From: Ruditapes philippinarum
Taxonomy: Eukaryota
NCBI RefSeq assembly: GCF_026571515.1
Contig: NW_026860481.1
Location: forward strand, 248,001-312,000
Reading direction: 5' to 3'
DNA length: 64,000 nt
The notes under the pieces were generated by a model that was given only the letters and a program-made list of their open reading frames with translations, was not told where the DNA came from and did no database searches. Both the position numbers and the translations under genes were made by a program. Of this stretch, positions 53,200 to 64,000 are shown piece by piece (positions within the stretch are counted from its first letter, which is position 1; each line of letters starts with the position of its first letter).

Positions 53200-53816
53200 A
53201 GTAAACTAGGTTATTATATTATTCTACCCACATGGCTCATTTGTCTTGAATGTGTCAAATTACTGTCATGGTGTAGTAAACATCGGATTAATATATCTCA
53301 GATAATTCCCCAAATTGTTTGTACAATAAGATGGAGCTTCATGATTTCATTTGTTTTGGTCTTTCCAAAAAACTCGGTGTTATAATTGACATAAGTTTTT
53401 AATGGATTCACCCGTTTTGTGATATTTCGGAAGCCTTTCCCTGCAGTGGAATCAGTTACGGTTATACCGTTAGTTGTCTTTGAAGTTTAACTACTTTTAT
53501 TTCTGAACATATTTGTAACAAAGAAATCAATTTAGCACATTGTATAAAACAGTCAACTATCTATAACAACATAATGACACCTGAATTATTAACACGAAAT
53601 TGTTCATTACAGGTTTTGTCAATGTGACGGAACTCTACTGAGATTAGGAGTCACTTTTCTTGCATATTAGACTGGCGTTTCCGTTAGTTTTACCCATGCC
53701 GGAAATTTCATCTGCATTTGGGGTGTCAGAAAAGTCGCGTACTGTACAATAGCATACTTAGGATGACACAATTTCGCCGTTATGAATGAAGTTGTAATTC
53801 ATAGGCTGTTGTAAGA
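53200..53816 (+). other. Module copy D4 with upstream hairpin block (53224-53276)
   Basis: Homologous to 43.6-44.1 kb (-), 39.7-39.9 kb (-) and 60.7-61.6 kb (+). CGCCGTT-ATG at 53782 is followed by AGG CTG TT|GTAAGA at 53811. Confidence 0.55.
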
Positions 53817-53908
53817 AAATAGTTACGGTTTTATTGACATAAATTTAGATTGAAAATAAAGATAAAGAATTTAAAATAAAATGGAATATGGTAGGATATT
53901 CAAGAAAA

Positions 53909-54009
53909 AATATCTGACATATGTTTGCGGTTCGGATCGGAATATCCGCAACTCGGTCACCCGCCCATGGGCGGTAACTCGGCAAGCCTCGCAACATATG
54001 ACAGATATT
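53909..54009. mobile_element. Solo, internally deleted palindrome of a Crypton-like element
   Basis: Arms AATATCTGACATATGTTTGCG / CGCAACATATGACAGATATT; GC-rich interior with core CTCGGCAAGCCTCG (53978-53991). Confidence 0.6.
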
Positions 54010-55403
54010 ATTATTAAAATAAAATGAAATTCCTAAAAATATCAAATCTATTAACATTCAACGGAAACAATGTACACAATATTATAATAAAGAAATATAC
54101 TTTGAATTAAATTGTGAATCGATGTTTGGCTGACATTCTAAGCCTAATTTGAGTTATCGGTTTGATTTTTTAAACCGCTGTATTTTCTTCTTTCATAAAG
54201 AAAGCATTAACTTTTTATATGACAAAATCGCAATACTGTTTCGCGATTGTGTTCAACAGAATTGAAAATATATTTGTATATGATTATTCTAAATGTTCTA
54301 GTAGTCAAAATATTATTTGTAGCGTCACATTTATATGGAATTAAGCTGAAACAAATCATAACTAAAAGCATTGTCTTGTCTCTAATATTATCTTAACATA
54401 TTAGGAATTGCTCATACAGACACCAAGGCTAGACATTTTATAATTTTCAATAAAACCTAGGATTAAACAAAGTGATATACAGGGTTTCTGTAATAGGATA
54501 ATAATTATTTATGTATGTTCAGCAATATTTACAATTGTAATGTGTGCTTTTCAAAGATGTTTATTCATAAATTGAAACAGTAAAATTATACCTTAAACTT
54601 GACTACCTTTCTTTTAGGAACAATTTAGATATCAAACAAAAATACCCTATATCAGTACAAATATTTGATTTAGTACTAAAAACAACAATAATAGGTATAA
54701 AAAAAAGAATAAAATAACACCAGACAGAATATAGTAGCAAAGGAAACATGTTACATGTTTTATCAAGTATATCGTCTTACACACAATATTTCGCATGCAT
54801 TATGATTCTTCACAATGTTCTTATTAAAACAAACTTACACATAAACAACATACGGAAAGTGAATGAAATTTTGGTAAACAGAAATAATCGAAATAATAAA
54901 CAATCTTGCTTATAACAATGTAATTTGCGTGGTTACGTTGTTGTACAAATATAGATCTCCTTCTATTAATAAAGGTTAATAAGTTTTAAAGGTCGATAAT
55001 GCTTGAGAAATGCTTTCATTTCTTTTCTCAAAACCGTTTTAAATAAGTTATTTTAACATTATTGAACACAAGTCTGACATTGTACATGATTTTAAAAATT
55101 GGATTTCTGAGATATAATGTAACTTAAAAAATGATTTCGATACTATATACATGTACTCGTATCTGTCAATTTGTATTGTTAATGATTTTTTTAGCTAGCT
55201 ATACATGACTAATTGCCATGTCAATCATAATTACTAAGACTGATTATTTTGCCATATGTAAATAACAATAGTATAACAGATAATAGAAAGAGCTTATGTT
55301 GCTTATTAATTTATAATAATTGTTTTATAACATGTATACAGAAATAAATGATAGGAGTTATCAGTTGTACAAAAGTGTATCTAAATTTAGATCTGATAAA
55401 ATA

Positions 55404-55492
<89 letters not shown>
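55404..55492. repeat. (AG)n microsatellite
   Basis: ~44 AG units with one interruption. Confidence 0.99.
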
Positions 55493-55496
<4 letters not shown>

Positions 55497-56760
55497 CTTG
55501 TTATCCAATCCAGTAAATTTTTATTTACTCTAAGACATTACAACTAAACAACTTTATGTTATGAAAGCTCCATGTTTTTTTTGTAAATTAACAGGATACT
55601 TTTGACGGATGTTTGGATATTTTCTAATTTCTAACATTAGAATCAATATAATACTGACAGATAAAATAGGAAAAATAAAAGATATTAGGTAATACCTTGC
55701 TCCCATTGTGTTTAGTATAAGTCATAAATAAGAAAGTAGTCCTTTTATTGTAAGTCTCAATTATTCAGTATAAAATAGATTTATTTCACAGTTTATACCG
55801 TAATTATATTTGAAATTAATATAATAAATTGACATATTTCAAATGAATAAATGAGACCTTTTCCATCTCAAACTTCTTACTTTTTGAATCATTGTGTTTC
55901 AGGTGTCTAAACAGAAATTTTTTAACCCAAACATCTTAATATTTAATGATGTTTAGTCTGCAATACAGCTATTGTTTTATGTAGTCAACTTTTGAATGAT
56001 TGAGTTATAGTTTGAAGGTTAATGTATGGCTAATTAATTAAAGGAAAAGGATAAAACATTTCTATGACAAGCACAAACATTTATAAACTCTGAACAAAAA
56101 CTATTTTTAGGAAATTGAGTAATGAAACGTTTGATAATATTTGAAGTACAATAAATTGCTTTTAAAATTAACAAGATTAAGTCTTAATTGTTAAATATCT
56201 AAAATGTTGTTAGAAGTATATTGTTTAGGTGTCTTTGGTTTTTACTCTTGTTTCACAGCTATTTATCTAATGCTAATATTTGTTTTGGTGTCAAGTATCA
56301 TTACTGTAACAAGTTTCGTTATAATAAATATACGAGGGGTTATCCAAAAATTCGTGGACTTTTTAAATATCTCTTAAACGTCAACGTGTATTGTAATGAA
56401 AATTTATCAGCATACATTTTAGAATATTAATAACACATTTTGAAAGGAACAGTTAATTGTGTCAATAAATAATGATTTTATATTGCTTTTAAATAAGCAC
56501 ATACACGGCACCCGGCGCACGGTAGAAAAGCGCAGTAAGTCATCTATATTTTTTGCTAAAAAACTAAAAAATTAACGTAGAAAACCCGCTGAACATCGCA
56601 TGTTTCTTCTATGATGTCATTTAAGTAATTCTTTAAAATAATGGACGTCATTTCCGTTTATTTGTGTTGATATCGCTAGAAACGCCAGACGCCTTTATTG
56701 TTTACAACGGGAAAATGACGGACACGCGGTAATTAGAAAATCGCCCGATCGTAAACAATC

Positions 56761-56907
56761 ATAATTTTTTGTTGTAATTTGGAAATGACACCTACAAAAA
56801 CGTTTAATAAAAATCAGCAGACAACCAGAGAAAAGAAAATTTCACGATCATTAGTGTTAAAATGGCATAAAAAATTTAGTGATGGACATTACCTTGAGAA
56901 GCAGTAA
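56761..56907 (+). pseudogene. Mariner transposase N-terminal HTH fragment
   Basis: IIFCCNLEMTPTKTFNKNQQTTREKKISRSLVLKWHKKFSDGH resembles the mariner N-terminal pattern IKFC..LG.TPT.T......SRS.VF.WHKRF.DG. Confidence 0.8.
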
Positions 56908-57033
56908 CCGTCATTGACTGCGTAACGTTGAAGCACAAGTTGTAAGTTAATATTATGACGCTGACGCCAATAACGTTTTGGAGTGCGCCGCTGTCGCCGA
57001 CATGTGTTAATGTAAAATTAAATATTATGTATT

Positions 57034-57411
57034 AGAAAGAGCACCGAAACACGAGGCTATCTGATTTGTACGAGGGGGCGTAGCCCCCGAGTATTAATCA
57101 GATTGCCGAGTGTTTTGGTGTTCTTTCTCTTTTGTATCATAGTCAACATGAAAGCAGGTTCCCTGTTGTCACAATATGAAACCCCGGCAAAAATGAACCA
57201 ATGAACGAACATCTGAATATGACATCTCTGTCGCTTTCCCTTTCTCAGTCGTCACAGTATGTAAACCCCAGCAAAAATGAGCCAATCAATGGGCATGCTC
57301 TGGAGTGCGGGTAACTAATACCCGCACTCCAGTTAACGCACTGTGCATGTATATGTTTACGATTTAACCCTGACACATTTTCAACAGAAAGGTCTCCAAA
57401 CTATGATACAA
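57034..57411. mobile_element. Small Crypton-like non-autonomous element nested in the mariner
   Basis: Palindrome at 57034-57128 centred on CGAGGGGGCGTAGCCCCCGAG, then inverted repeat TTGTATCATAGT (57132-57143) / ACTATGATACAA (57400-57411). Internal 14-bp hairpin at 57300-57332. Confidence 0.75.
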
Positions 57412-60400
57412 TGTAATGTTAGAAGCTACTCACATGATGTTTTCTGTGTTTATTTCTTATTAATTCTTCTAAGCAGTGTAAGAATTTCAAATTAATATCT
57501 CAAATATATTTTACGCAACAAAGAAAGTCCACGAATTGTTGGATAACCCCTCGTATATCGCTGTTCTATGATATATTTCAACATATTTTCAATTCAATTA
57601 TAAATAGCAATGTGTCAGTAGAAATACAAATTTTGTTTGAAAACAAGCCCCTGTTCTATAAAATTACGAGACAGTACAATCGTCTGTCACTGACTCTTGT
57701 CGTTATAGTTGTAATCGTATTACAAATGCTGTAATGCTTTTCTTAATCGTATTGTATTGTAAACTTATATTTATATTGTCTTAATTATATTGAACAAGTT
57801 TATAGTTATATTTTCTTAATCATACTTAACTGGCCATGTCTAACACAAGTTTCTAAATCTTAGTCTCAATATAATATCTGCAATTTTAGGAGTATTGTTC
57901 GCCGGCTGTAAACTTTGATATATATGTTTGGTGTTGATTCATATATGCAATGTTATTGCGTTCGGTGTGTGAGAGCAACCAATTCATGATGTATTTAATA
58001 CTGTTGAACAGTTTTTTCACTTTTAAATTAATTAAAACAAAGACAAAATAGTAAGTGTACAAAAAAAATTCACAAATACATGCTTTTAATAGCGTTTATT
58101 GATTTTAGTTTTCAATAGTTATTTTGCATAAATTAATGACATTTTTATGAATTTCATGAATTGTATCTATTATTCAGAGTCTTGTCACGAAAGATTTATT
58201 AACAATGTGCTTTATTTTTAAGTTCAATTTCAAAATGTATTTTTTAAAGAATTCACAACACCTAAAATATCATCATCATAAAGAACCGCAATATAACAAT
58301 CAATTTTAATATTTTCCAGCAATTCACTTCACATAACATTATTGTCGTTATCTATCACCTACTATTCCACGGTTGCGTTATTCAGGACACTACATTATCC
58401 ATAAAGATACGGAGACAATTGCTAATGACAGCGCTGGTCCGATTGATTACAAATAAAGTGTCGTTTATAATAAAATTACTACTTTGATATCAGTCTTAAA
58501 TAATGGTCAGGTTGTTAAAAGAAAAATTCGATGTAAAGAAGATCAATGCATATTATATTGACATGAAGTTTAATAATGCTTGATATATAATGATTTTAAA
58601 ATTGATTTAATACAATTATCAAAAAGTTTATTTCTTTTCACATATTATATATATATATATATGTGCTGTTTATGTGTTTTGTTAGTTTTAACACATAGTG
58701 TGGTGACGAGAGGGTGGAAGAAGCCAGGTATCCGATAAGTGCCCCCTCAATACATTAAGGGACTATCCATTAACTAGCTTAAAAATTAAATATTGTGAAT
58801 TTATTGTCGACATACGTCTACATTTTGCGTAGCCAGGAATTTGAGATCATTAATATATTATATATTTTTTGTTTTGTACGAATTACCCTATACAATAAGA
58901 GAGACACAATATTACCTACACAGTAAAGAAAAATTTCTTAAATATAAATATAACATGTGTGCAAAATAATTTTCTGATCATTCGCCAACTCCAGAACAAT
59001 TATTCTTATTGTGAAAAATGACCCAAAATTGAAAATGCAATAAAATATGGCTATGAAAAGTACAACATATGATTTTCAATTTATTTTAGAGTTTATTTCG
59101 TAATTACCGTTTGCATATCTATCTAAGCTCTACCTAATCTTTTTTTAGTAAAAGTAGTAAACTTAAACATGCCTTTTATGTTTAAACATCAACATCAGCG
59201 TACATTTTTTGTTTAATGTAGTATTGTTTTAATGTTCAGAAATTATTGCTAAATTAATCATCATTAATGTCTCTGCAGTTCAAATAAAGGTGGCTTTTGT
59301 ACCAATCTAAAAAACATAGACCATTTATCAAATTTAGACAGAAAATTATGCATCTGACGGGAAATATCTTTCATATGCTAATGCTGGCAATCATGTCAAC
59401 GTGCTACATAAAAAGACAATTAATGAAGTACAGGGTTTCAATGAATAATATCCTTTTCGGGTTGTTCTAAAATTTTCCGTTTGAAAGACAATAATGAAGA
59501 GACATTGTGATTTATAAAAATGGATGCTTCTAACAGATTCATGTCCCCAATGCAATACAATTAAATATTATATTATAGTCCTTCCAATTGTCTCGCTATT
59601 TATGTTTTCCATCAGAATATGGTCTGGACATTTATTCAAAATCTGTGGAAGATTAGTTAAATTTAGAATTAAATAACAGAAACCATTTTTCTTACGAAGC
59701 CAATTTTAATGCTGTCTCGCATTTTGAGATTGCTTATCCTCTTAGCATTGTGCATTTCTGTCAACAAAACGTATAGCTGATGGCAATAGTACGTTTAAAG
59801 TAATGAGTTTAAAGTTACGCAACACATGATCAGTGCTGTGAAACAGCAGATGAATTGATCAGTATTAAGCAATGCATAAACATTGCAGACGAAATTATTA
59901 ACGATAATCGCGGACAATCTCAAAGATATGCATTTATAATAGGAAAAATTAAATGCTTTCCAAATTAAGGTACACTTTTCTCGTTTTAATTCGAAAAACT
60001 ACATGGTGAATAAATAAATTACAAAATTGATTGTCATTATCAACATTTAGGCAATCTAAGGTAAATCATAGACATCAGTATGTCCATGTGTGTTTTGAAA
60101 ATAAATAAATAAATAAATACAATAACTATTTAAAAATCCATATCGAAAATTATGACAGATATTAGTTATTAGTTCTTTTTAAAGTGAGTATCTTCAACAT
60201 TTCACTACATTTAAACGAAAAGAAGATATTATTTGCTGAAACAGTTGTTATATCAAATGAAGATCATTACCATTGTAAATATATAGAACTAGCTTTTCTT
60301 ATCACATTTAGCTACGTAAATTGCCTTTCTGTTCCGGTAATTACAAAATGTATATAAATGATGCCTGCACAAAATATATAAGTAATGAAATCTACTGTAG

Positions 60401-60699
60401 TGCTGACAAATTGTGAGTGTAAGTGAAATGAACATACATAATTATGAATCTCTAGGGACAAATTGACTGAAAAATTAATTGATTCATTGGACATGGCAGT
60501 TACACGGTGCGTGAAGATGATATATTGCATCAAAGTTTTAACTGTTGCTTTACAAAACAAGAGGTTCTTTAAAGAAACGTCTTGTATTTTTATGTTAATA
60601 TGAAAAGATACTCTTTAAGAATAAGTCGTTATTCTCAAGTTATCAATTGCAAGTGTTTAAGATATAATGACATTTGTTTACACAGCTATTTCAAACACA

Positions 60700-61603
60700 C
60701 TTGCATTTTGCGAAGTAATGGCATAGTTTTATTACATAACTCGATACAAATTACTACCCACATGTGCTTATGTATTTGTACATTGCTAATAATATAAAAT
60801 ATACTGATTTTTTCTTACAGTTTAGCAGCTGAAAGGTTTAATTTCGTTAGAAACACACTGTTCTGTATGTATACAATTAATTTTCCCTTTAAATTGATAG
60901 GTGATATATAGAATGTTTAGTAGTCATCTTAACAATATAAATCAATAGTCTTTTCTAAAAAACGTTCGATTATAGAAATAAAAAATATCTACTTAATGTG
61001 AACATTCTGTTCAATTAAATATTACTTGTTAAGTTATATATTAATATGTAAGTGCATATGGTATGATAATCTGAAAAAATCATATATAAAAAAAAATTAT
61101 ATCTTAAATGTTTAAGCTAACATTAGGAAAATATAAATTTAAAGTGAATTTGAATCTTAATGCTATAAAATCTTAGAATATCGTAGATCAATTGGTATTT
61201 GCATATTATAACAACAGAGAAAGAAATGACAAATTGAATTCTATTGATTTAAATGCGGACACGTTAAAACTTTTTTTAAATTAATCAAATATCAATTGAA
61301 TGACACAAAATGTCCAAAATATCCATTCAAACGATAATTTATATCCGTTACTGTGATATCTCAAAGAAAGCTGTTTATGATTTTAGATTAAACTCTTAAT
61401 ATAACCGTTCCGGTAGGTTGTATTAAGCGTGCAATGTTTCTGTCATAAAACAGAAGCTAATTTGTCTCATACATTATAACAAGACTCATTTGATATAAGT
61501 TAGAATACGTACTATGCCAGACGAATTACCATGGTAACAATGTTTCCAGTGTTTCTCCTTAATTAAAGTTTATGATAGTGATATAAAGGTTTATCTAGTT
61601 AGT
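60700..61603 (+). other. Module copy D3 (degenerate hairpin block at ~60755; promoter/exon block at 61415-61603)
   Basis: CTACCCACATGTGCTTAT (60754) matches 53224. TTGTATTA...TGTCATAAAA..AAGCTAATTTGTCTCATAC (61418-61472) aligns with D1/D2. Donor-like GTTAGT at 61598. Confidence 0.5.
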
Positions 61604-61610
61604 TTAGGCA

Positions 61611-61830
61611 ATTTCAAGTTTCAAGTTTTATTGAATATATATCCCAGTTTGCATTACAATACAAAAACATGAGACAAATACATTTGTATAATAATAAATA
61701 ATAATAAACAGTCACGTGAACATGTGAGGGCAACACTGTATGAATATTTTAAATGTAAAGATATATTTATTAATTTAGACTTATCTATAATGACCTAATG
61801 TAATCTACAAGAAAAAGAAAGAGAAAAAAA
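61611..61830 (-). mobile_element. Short LINE 3'-end fragment
   Basis: Minus strand CTCATGTTTTTGTA..CAAACTGGG..AATAAAACTTGAAACTTGAAATTG; 5' boundary uncertain. Confidence 0.5.
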
Positions 61831-62319
61831 TAATCTTAATGAGTAATGCCTAACTGTGTCTGCTTGATTGTTATTGTTCGGTGTTTTATCTATGTTTATC
61901 AATTATCTAATTGATGTAATTTTTGATTGGTCAATTTTGGCTGTCAATGACACGCATTTTGTGTAAATATCAGTGTTACCTGGTTACTTGGTCAGACAAA
62001 TTGTGTCATAAAATTGCAAAAAAATCATTCAGGTTTAACGGATATTAGCACGAGGGCTAGAATTGTTTGTTTTGAGGATAGTTGTGTTAATGCTATTTAA
62101 TTAATCATATTTGTGCTTAGAAGAGAGAAATATTAGTTCTCAATGTGTGGTGACAAGAACAGTGTACTTAGTGATGTGTTGGCGAATAAAAATATAAAAA
62201 AATTCACATAAAAGATGGATTTTATCAGACCTTTCCGTCAACATTTAATGGTAAGTGGCTATCATTTTTTATATAGTGTATAATTTCATCTAAGTTATGA
62301 TAATATGCATTTTTTAAAA

Positions 62320-64000
62320 TTAGAGTTTACATTTTTTTACTTTTTCTATATCTTGATTATTAGCAATGCCCCATATCTCACATCCATATAGTAATATTGG
62401 TTTGATTGTTTTATTAAATAAGTCAATTTGCAGATCAAATGTCAAATTCAGGGTCCTAATTTTTTTTAGTAAGGAAAACATAGCTTTGTTTGCTTGCTCT
62501 GTTATGTGTTTTTTTGTTTTGACAAAGCTTTTTGTTCTCGATAGATATAATCCAAGGTATTTATATTCATTTACTATTTCTAGTGGTTTATTTTTATATT
62601 TGAAGTAGTTTTCATATTTATTGCACCTTGATCCAAAAATTAGTACTTTAGTTTTCTTGATATTTACTTCTAGTTTCAATTCTTGACAGTATTCTTCAAA
62701 TGTATTTGTACATTTCTGGAGGTCTTCACTACTTTCACTTAATAAGACTGTGTCATCTGCATAAAGTATTATTAATAGTTTAAAGTACATACCAATATCA
62801 TTTAGACTTAAGTTATAATTAATCCCATTTATGTCTTTATTACTTAAATAATGTTCTAGGTCATTTAAGTATATTGCAAATAGTAAAGGAGAAAGATTTT
62901 CACCTTGTCTAACTCCTGATAAACATGGAAAAAATTGAGTGTACCCTTCATTTGTTTTTATTCTAGACTTTATATTAGAATACATGTTTTTAATAACATT
63001 AAAACAGTTACCATTTATATTATATTTTAATAATTTTGTCCATAGTCCCTGTCGCCAAACTGTATCGAAAGCTTGTTTAAAATCAATAAATACACAAAAA
63101 AGTTTTTTCTTTTGGGCTCCAAGCATATCTAAAAGAGTATGTAAAACAAATACATTATCAATTGTGGAATGGTTCTTTCTAAATCCTGCTTGATTATTTT
63201 TATAAGATCATATTCATCTGCATATTTAGTTAATCTATTATTTATAATTGCTGTAAACAGTTTTCCTAAACAGCTCAACAGTGTAATTGGTCTGTAGTTT
63301 TCAGGTGCTTCTATATTTCCTTTTTTTATAGATAGGAATAATGTTTCCTTCTGTCCAACATTTAGGTATAATTCCAGTGTCTAGAATGAAGTTAAATAAT
63401 TTATTATATATTGGTATCATTATATCTAGAGTGCATTTGATATGCTCATTAAGAATATTATCTACTCCGGGACTTTTATTCCTTTTTAATGTTTTAACAG
63501 TATTTATTATCTCCTCATCTGTTATTTTTGTATTTATTTCTTCATTTATTTCTTGATATGGTTCTTGTTCTGAATTTAGGATATTATCGTCCGTTCCATG
63601 TTTATTTGAGTTTACTTCTTTAAAATATTCATATAAGTCATTTGGTTTTGCTTGTTGCTCTTGTTTAACTTTATTTACACTATTTATTACTTTCCAAAAC
63701 TCTTTTGGGTTATTACCTTTTATTTTCTCAGATATTCTATTTTATTATTCTTGTATACTTTATATGTCATATTTATTTTATTTTTATATTGCTTGCTTAC
63801 ATCTTTTAGAATATTTTTATTTATTTCTGATTTATTATTATAAGTTTTTCGTGCAATGTGGTACAGATTTCTACTTCTTTTGCATTCAGTATTGAACCAG
63901 GGTTGGAATTTATTTGTCAATTTGTTTGTTTTCTTCTTTATTATTTTACTGCCAAAAGCCTTTTTACATGTTTCATTGAAAATTAAATTTTTATGGTCAA
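62320..64000 (-). mobile_element. Second RTE-X-like LINE: frameshifted ORF2 fragment, broken at ~62335, continues past the window end
   Basis: FQPWF..., NYRPITLLSC, QAGFRKNHSTIDN, FIDFKQAFDTVW, GVRQGENLSPLLF, LYADD, IKPILLYGCEIWG. A clearly diverged relative of 23482-26064, with frameshifts near 63720 and 63325. Confidence 0.95.

Larger units (their letters stand above)
56331..57555 (+). mobile_element. Internally deleted mariner (Tc1/mariner) element
   Basis: 32-bp TIRs TACGAGGGGTTATCCAAAAATTCGTGGACTTT / AAAGTCCACGAATTGTTGGATAACCCCTCGTA (1 mismatch), flanked by TA, with a transposase fragment inside. Confidence 0.93.

Noticed and set aside
53258-53276. Resemblance of AATTACTGTCATGGT to miR-8/miR-200 (UAAUACUGUCAGGU…)
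   Set aside because: The seed does not match exactly and the sequence varies among paralogues, whereas miR-8 is near-invariant.
55311-55547. Poly-ER and poly-SL ORFs
   Set aside because: Translations of the (AG)n microsatellite.

Overview
AT-rich eukaryotic genomic DNA with two assembly gaps, most likely from a bivalve mollusc. That inference rests on Meta-domain SINEs, pearl/Cg170-like satellite arrays inside Helentron-type elements, and RTE-X-like LINEs. No complete, recognisable host gene is present. The well-supported features are mobile elements: a 2.9-kb non-autonomous LTR retrotransposon (tRNA-Leu PBS, 4-bp TSD), two RTE-X-like LINEs (one with an intact 860-codon RT ORF), two tRNA-derived Meta-SINEs in inverted orientation, two DINE/HINE-like elements with ~160-bp satellite arrays, an internally deleted mariner, and several Crypton-like palindromic elements. 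Beneath the TEs lies an old duplicated scaffold. It includes a ~14-16 kb tandem triplication (2.8-38 kb) and a dispersed family of at least six homologous modules in both orientations, each resembling a promoter or short first exon ending in a splice donor. Three related units carry a ~50-nt hairpin with compensatory substitutions. The 5' end of a probable host gene lies on the minus strand at 1-2.7 kb, apparently damaged by consensus errors. All alignments were done by eye and no database searches were run, so family names come from recalled motifs.
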